Part shown: piece by piece, positions 24,765-26,231 of the stretch
Position numbering within the stretch: the first letter of the stretch is position 1
Layout: each line of letters starts with the position of its first letter
From: Candidatus Bipolaricaulia bacterium
GTDB taxonomy: Bacteria > Bipolaricaulota > Bipolaricaulia > JBHIAT01
Assembly: GCA_046758705.1 (NCBI GenBank)
Contig: JBHIAT010000033.1
Span: 1-26,231, forward strand
Length of the DNA stretch: 26,231 nucleotides
Reading direction: 5' to 3'
Position numbers and translations under genes: made by a program
Notes under the pieces: model-generated
Told to the model about the DNA's origin: nothing
Database searches by the model: none
What the model saw: only the letters and a program-made list of their open reading frames with translations

Positions 24765-26093
24765 TCACTCCTCCAACGCCTTCACCGCTGCGTCGATCTC
24801 CGCGGCCGCCTCTGTGGTCGTGAGTTTCCCGCGCAGGAAATCGACAACCAGTTCCGGGACAACCTTCGTCCCGTAGATCTTGGAGACGAGCGCACCTTTA
24901 CCGGCGGTGAACCCCCAGCGGTTGAAGCCCTCGATGCCACTGAGGATTGCCTCAACGACCTCCGGGCCGTAGAACTCCGAGATCTTCGCCCGGGTGGTGG
25001 CCCCGAACTCCAGCTCGGCCCAGCCGCGGATGAACGCATCGGGGTCTGCCAGAGTGCCTCTTCGCATCGGGAACTTCCCCTCGGGGGCGAAGCTGAGCCA
25101 CCTCAAGTATCCGTCGGTAAGCAGAAACTTGACCCACTCCTTGGCTGCCGGAGTGTTCGCGCCGGTGGTGATCCCGAAGTAGCTCACTTGGCCGTACTGG
25201 GCAGCGCCGTTGGGGCCTTGGATGACGGTCACGAACCCAGTTTTCTGGGCCAGATCAGGAACCAGGATCGGCTGATCTCGCCTGAGTCCGGAGAGCTCAT
25301 CGAGGATGAACGGGGACCAGACCATCATCGCAATTCGATCGCCCAGGTAGAAGAGCCGGGTCTGGCGCCAGAAGATACTGCCGGGCGGGGTGAATTCGAC
25401 GAGTTGCTTGTAGAAGTCCAGTGTCTCTCTGAACTCCGGTGTGTTGAGGTTTACGTTGCCCGTCGCATCGACCAACGCCGCTCCGTTGGACAGGGCGAAG
25501 CCCTCGAAGACCTGCTGGGTGTAGACCTGATCCGGTGCCGTCGCCGCCGCGAAGCCGAACATCCTCGGAGGATTGTGCAGCGCCTCGGCGACTGTCAGGA
25601 TATTGTCCCAGGTGTCAGGGGTTGGCAGGTTGTTGGCCTCGACCAGATCTTTGCGGTAGACCAACAGCTGTCCCCAACCGTCGGCCGGCACTGCTGAGTA
25701 ACCGCCCATGAACTCCGCCAACGCCAACGGACCCGCTGCAAACGTCCCGGTCCCCAGCTCGCCAACGACCTCAGCCGCTGCTCGCCAGTCGAGGATCCCC
25801 TGTTCGGCCCAGCCGATGGTGAAATCGACCGGGTGGAAGATCACGTCGGGAAGATCCCGGGCGGCTTGAGCTGCGGTGAGCCGCTCAGAGAGCAGATTTT
25901 CGTCGACCGGGATGACCTGAACCTCGATCCCGGTGCTCCCCTGGAACTCTGCGGCCATCTGCTGCTGGACCCGCATTCGATCCACTTCCGTCTCGGTCGT
26001 CCAGAAGGTGATCGTCTGGGCGTAGAGACCAAAGCTAAAAAATCCTAGCAACAGTATACTGAACATCACAACCCGAAACTTGCGCTCACTCAT
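24765..26093 (-). CDS. Carbohydrate ABC transporter substrate-binding protein
   Basis: Sec-type signal peptide without a lipobox Cys, ITFW, LPDV, L.YRKDL and P.TWD motifs. AGGAGG RBS. Confidence 0.92.
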   Translation of the reverse strand: MSERKFRVVMFSILLLGFFSFGLYAQTITFWTTETEVDRMRVQQQMAAEFQGSTGIEVQVIPVDENLLSERLTAAQAARDLPDVIFHPVDFTIGWAEQGILDWRAAAEVVGELGTGTFAAGPLALAEFMGGYSAVPADGWGQLLVYRKDLVEANNLPTPDTWDNILTVAEALHNPPRMFGFAAATAPDQVYTQQVFEGFALSNGAALVDATGNVNLNTPEFRETLDFYKQLVEFTPPGSIFWRQTRLFYLGDRIAMMVWSPFILDELSGLRRDQPILVPDLAQKTGFVTVIQGPNGAAQYGQVSYFGITTGANTPAAKEWVKFLLTDGYLRWLSFAPEGKFPMRRGTLADPDAFIRGWAELEFGATTRAKISEFYGPEVVEAILSGIEGFNRWGFTAGKGALVSKIYGTKVVPELVVDFLRGKLTTTEAAAEIDAAVKALEE

Positions 26094-26231
26094 TGGACCT
26101 CCTTCATTTGTTTAGATTCGGTTGACCCAGCAACTCTGAAAACCTGCCTCTGACCACCTCCTAAATAATGATTACTAACCCGTGATGTGAATTATGACAT
26201 ACCGATACCCTGAAATAGACAGAAGGTGTCC

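Overview
High-GC bacterial backbone (signal-peptide, non-lipoprotein binding protein suggests a diderm). It carries tilS and rseP (+), a complete Thermus-order A/V-type ATP synthase operon H(G)-I-K-E-C-F-A-B-D (-), a COG2403/ArcE-like P-loop enzyme (-), a LonC-type protease (+), an AT-rich two-gene island (P-loop NTPase plus 42-aa-repeat TPR protein, -), a class III aminotransferase and a sugar ABC binding protein with two permeases (-). The most unusual structure is a stack of insertions on the ATP synthase operon. (1) An IS630 element (8895-10144) sits in the last codons of atpI and replaces 8 C-terminal residues with 8 IS-encoded ones. (2) A tnpB-only IS200/IS605 element (12377-13911) appears to have inserted at the -10 box of the operon's native promoter, so its predicted omega-RNA guide matches the empty promoter allele. 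(3) That tnpB is broken by a 229-bp TIR/TSD-bounded MITE, which contains (4) an inverted pair of GTAG-type REP-like palindromes. All assignments come from motif recognition by eye; no searches were run.
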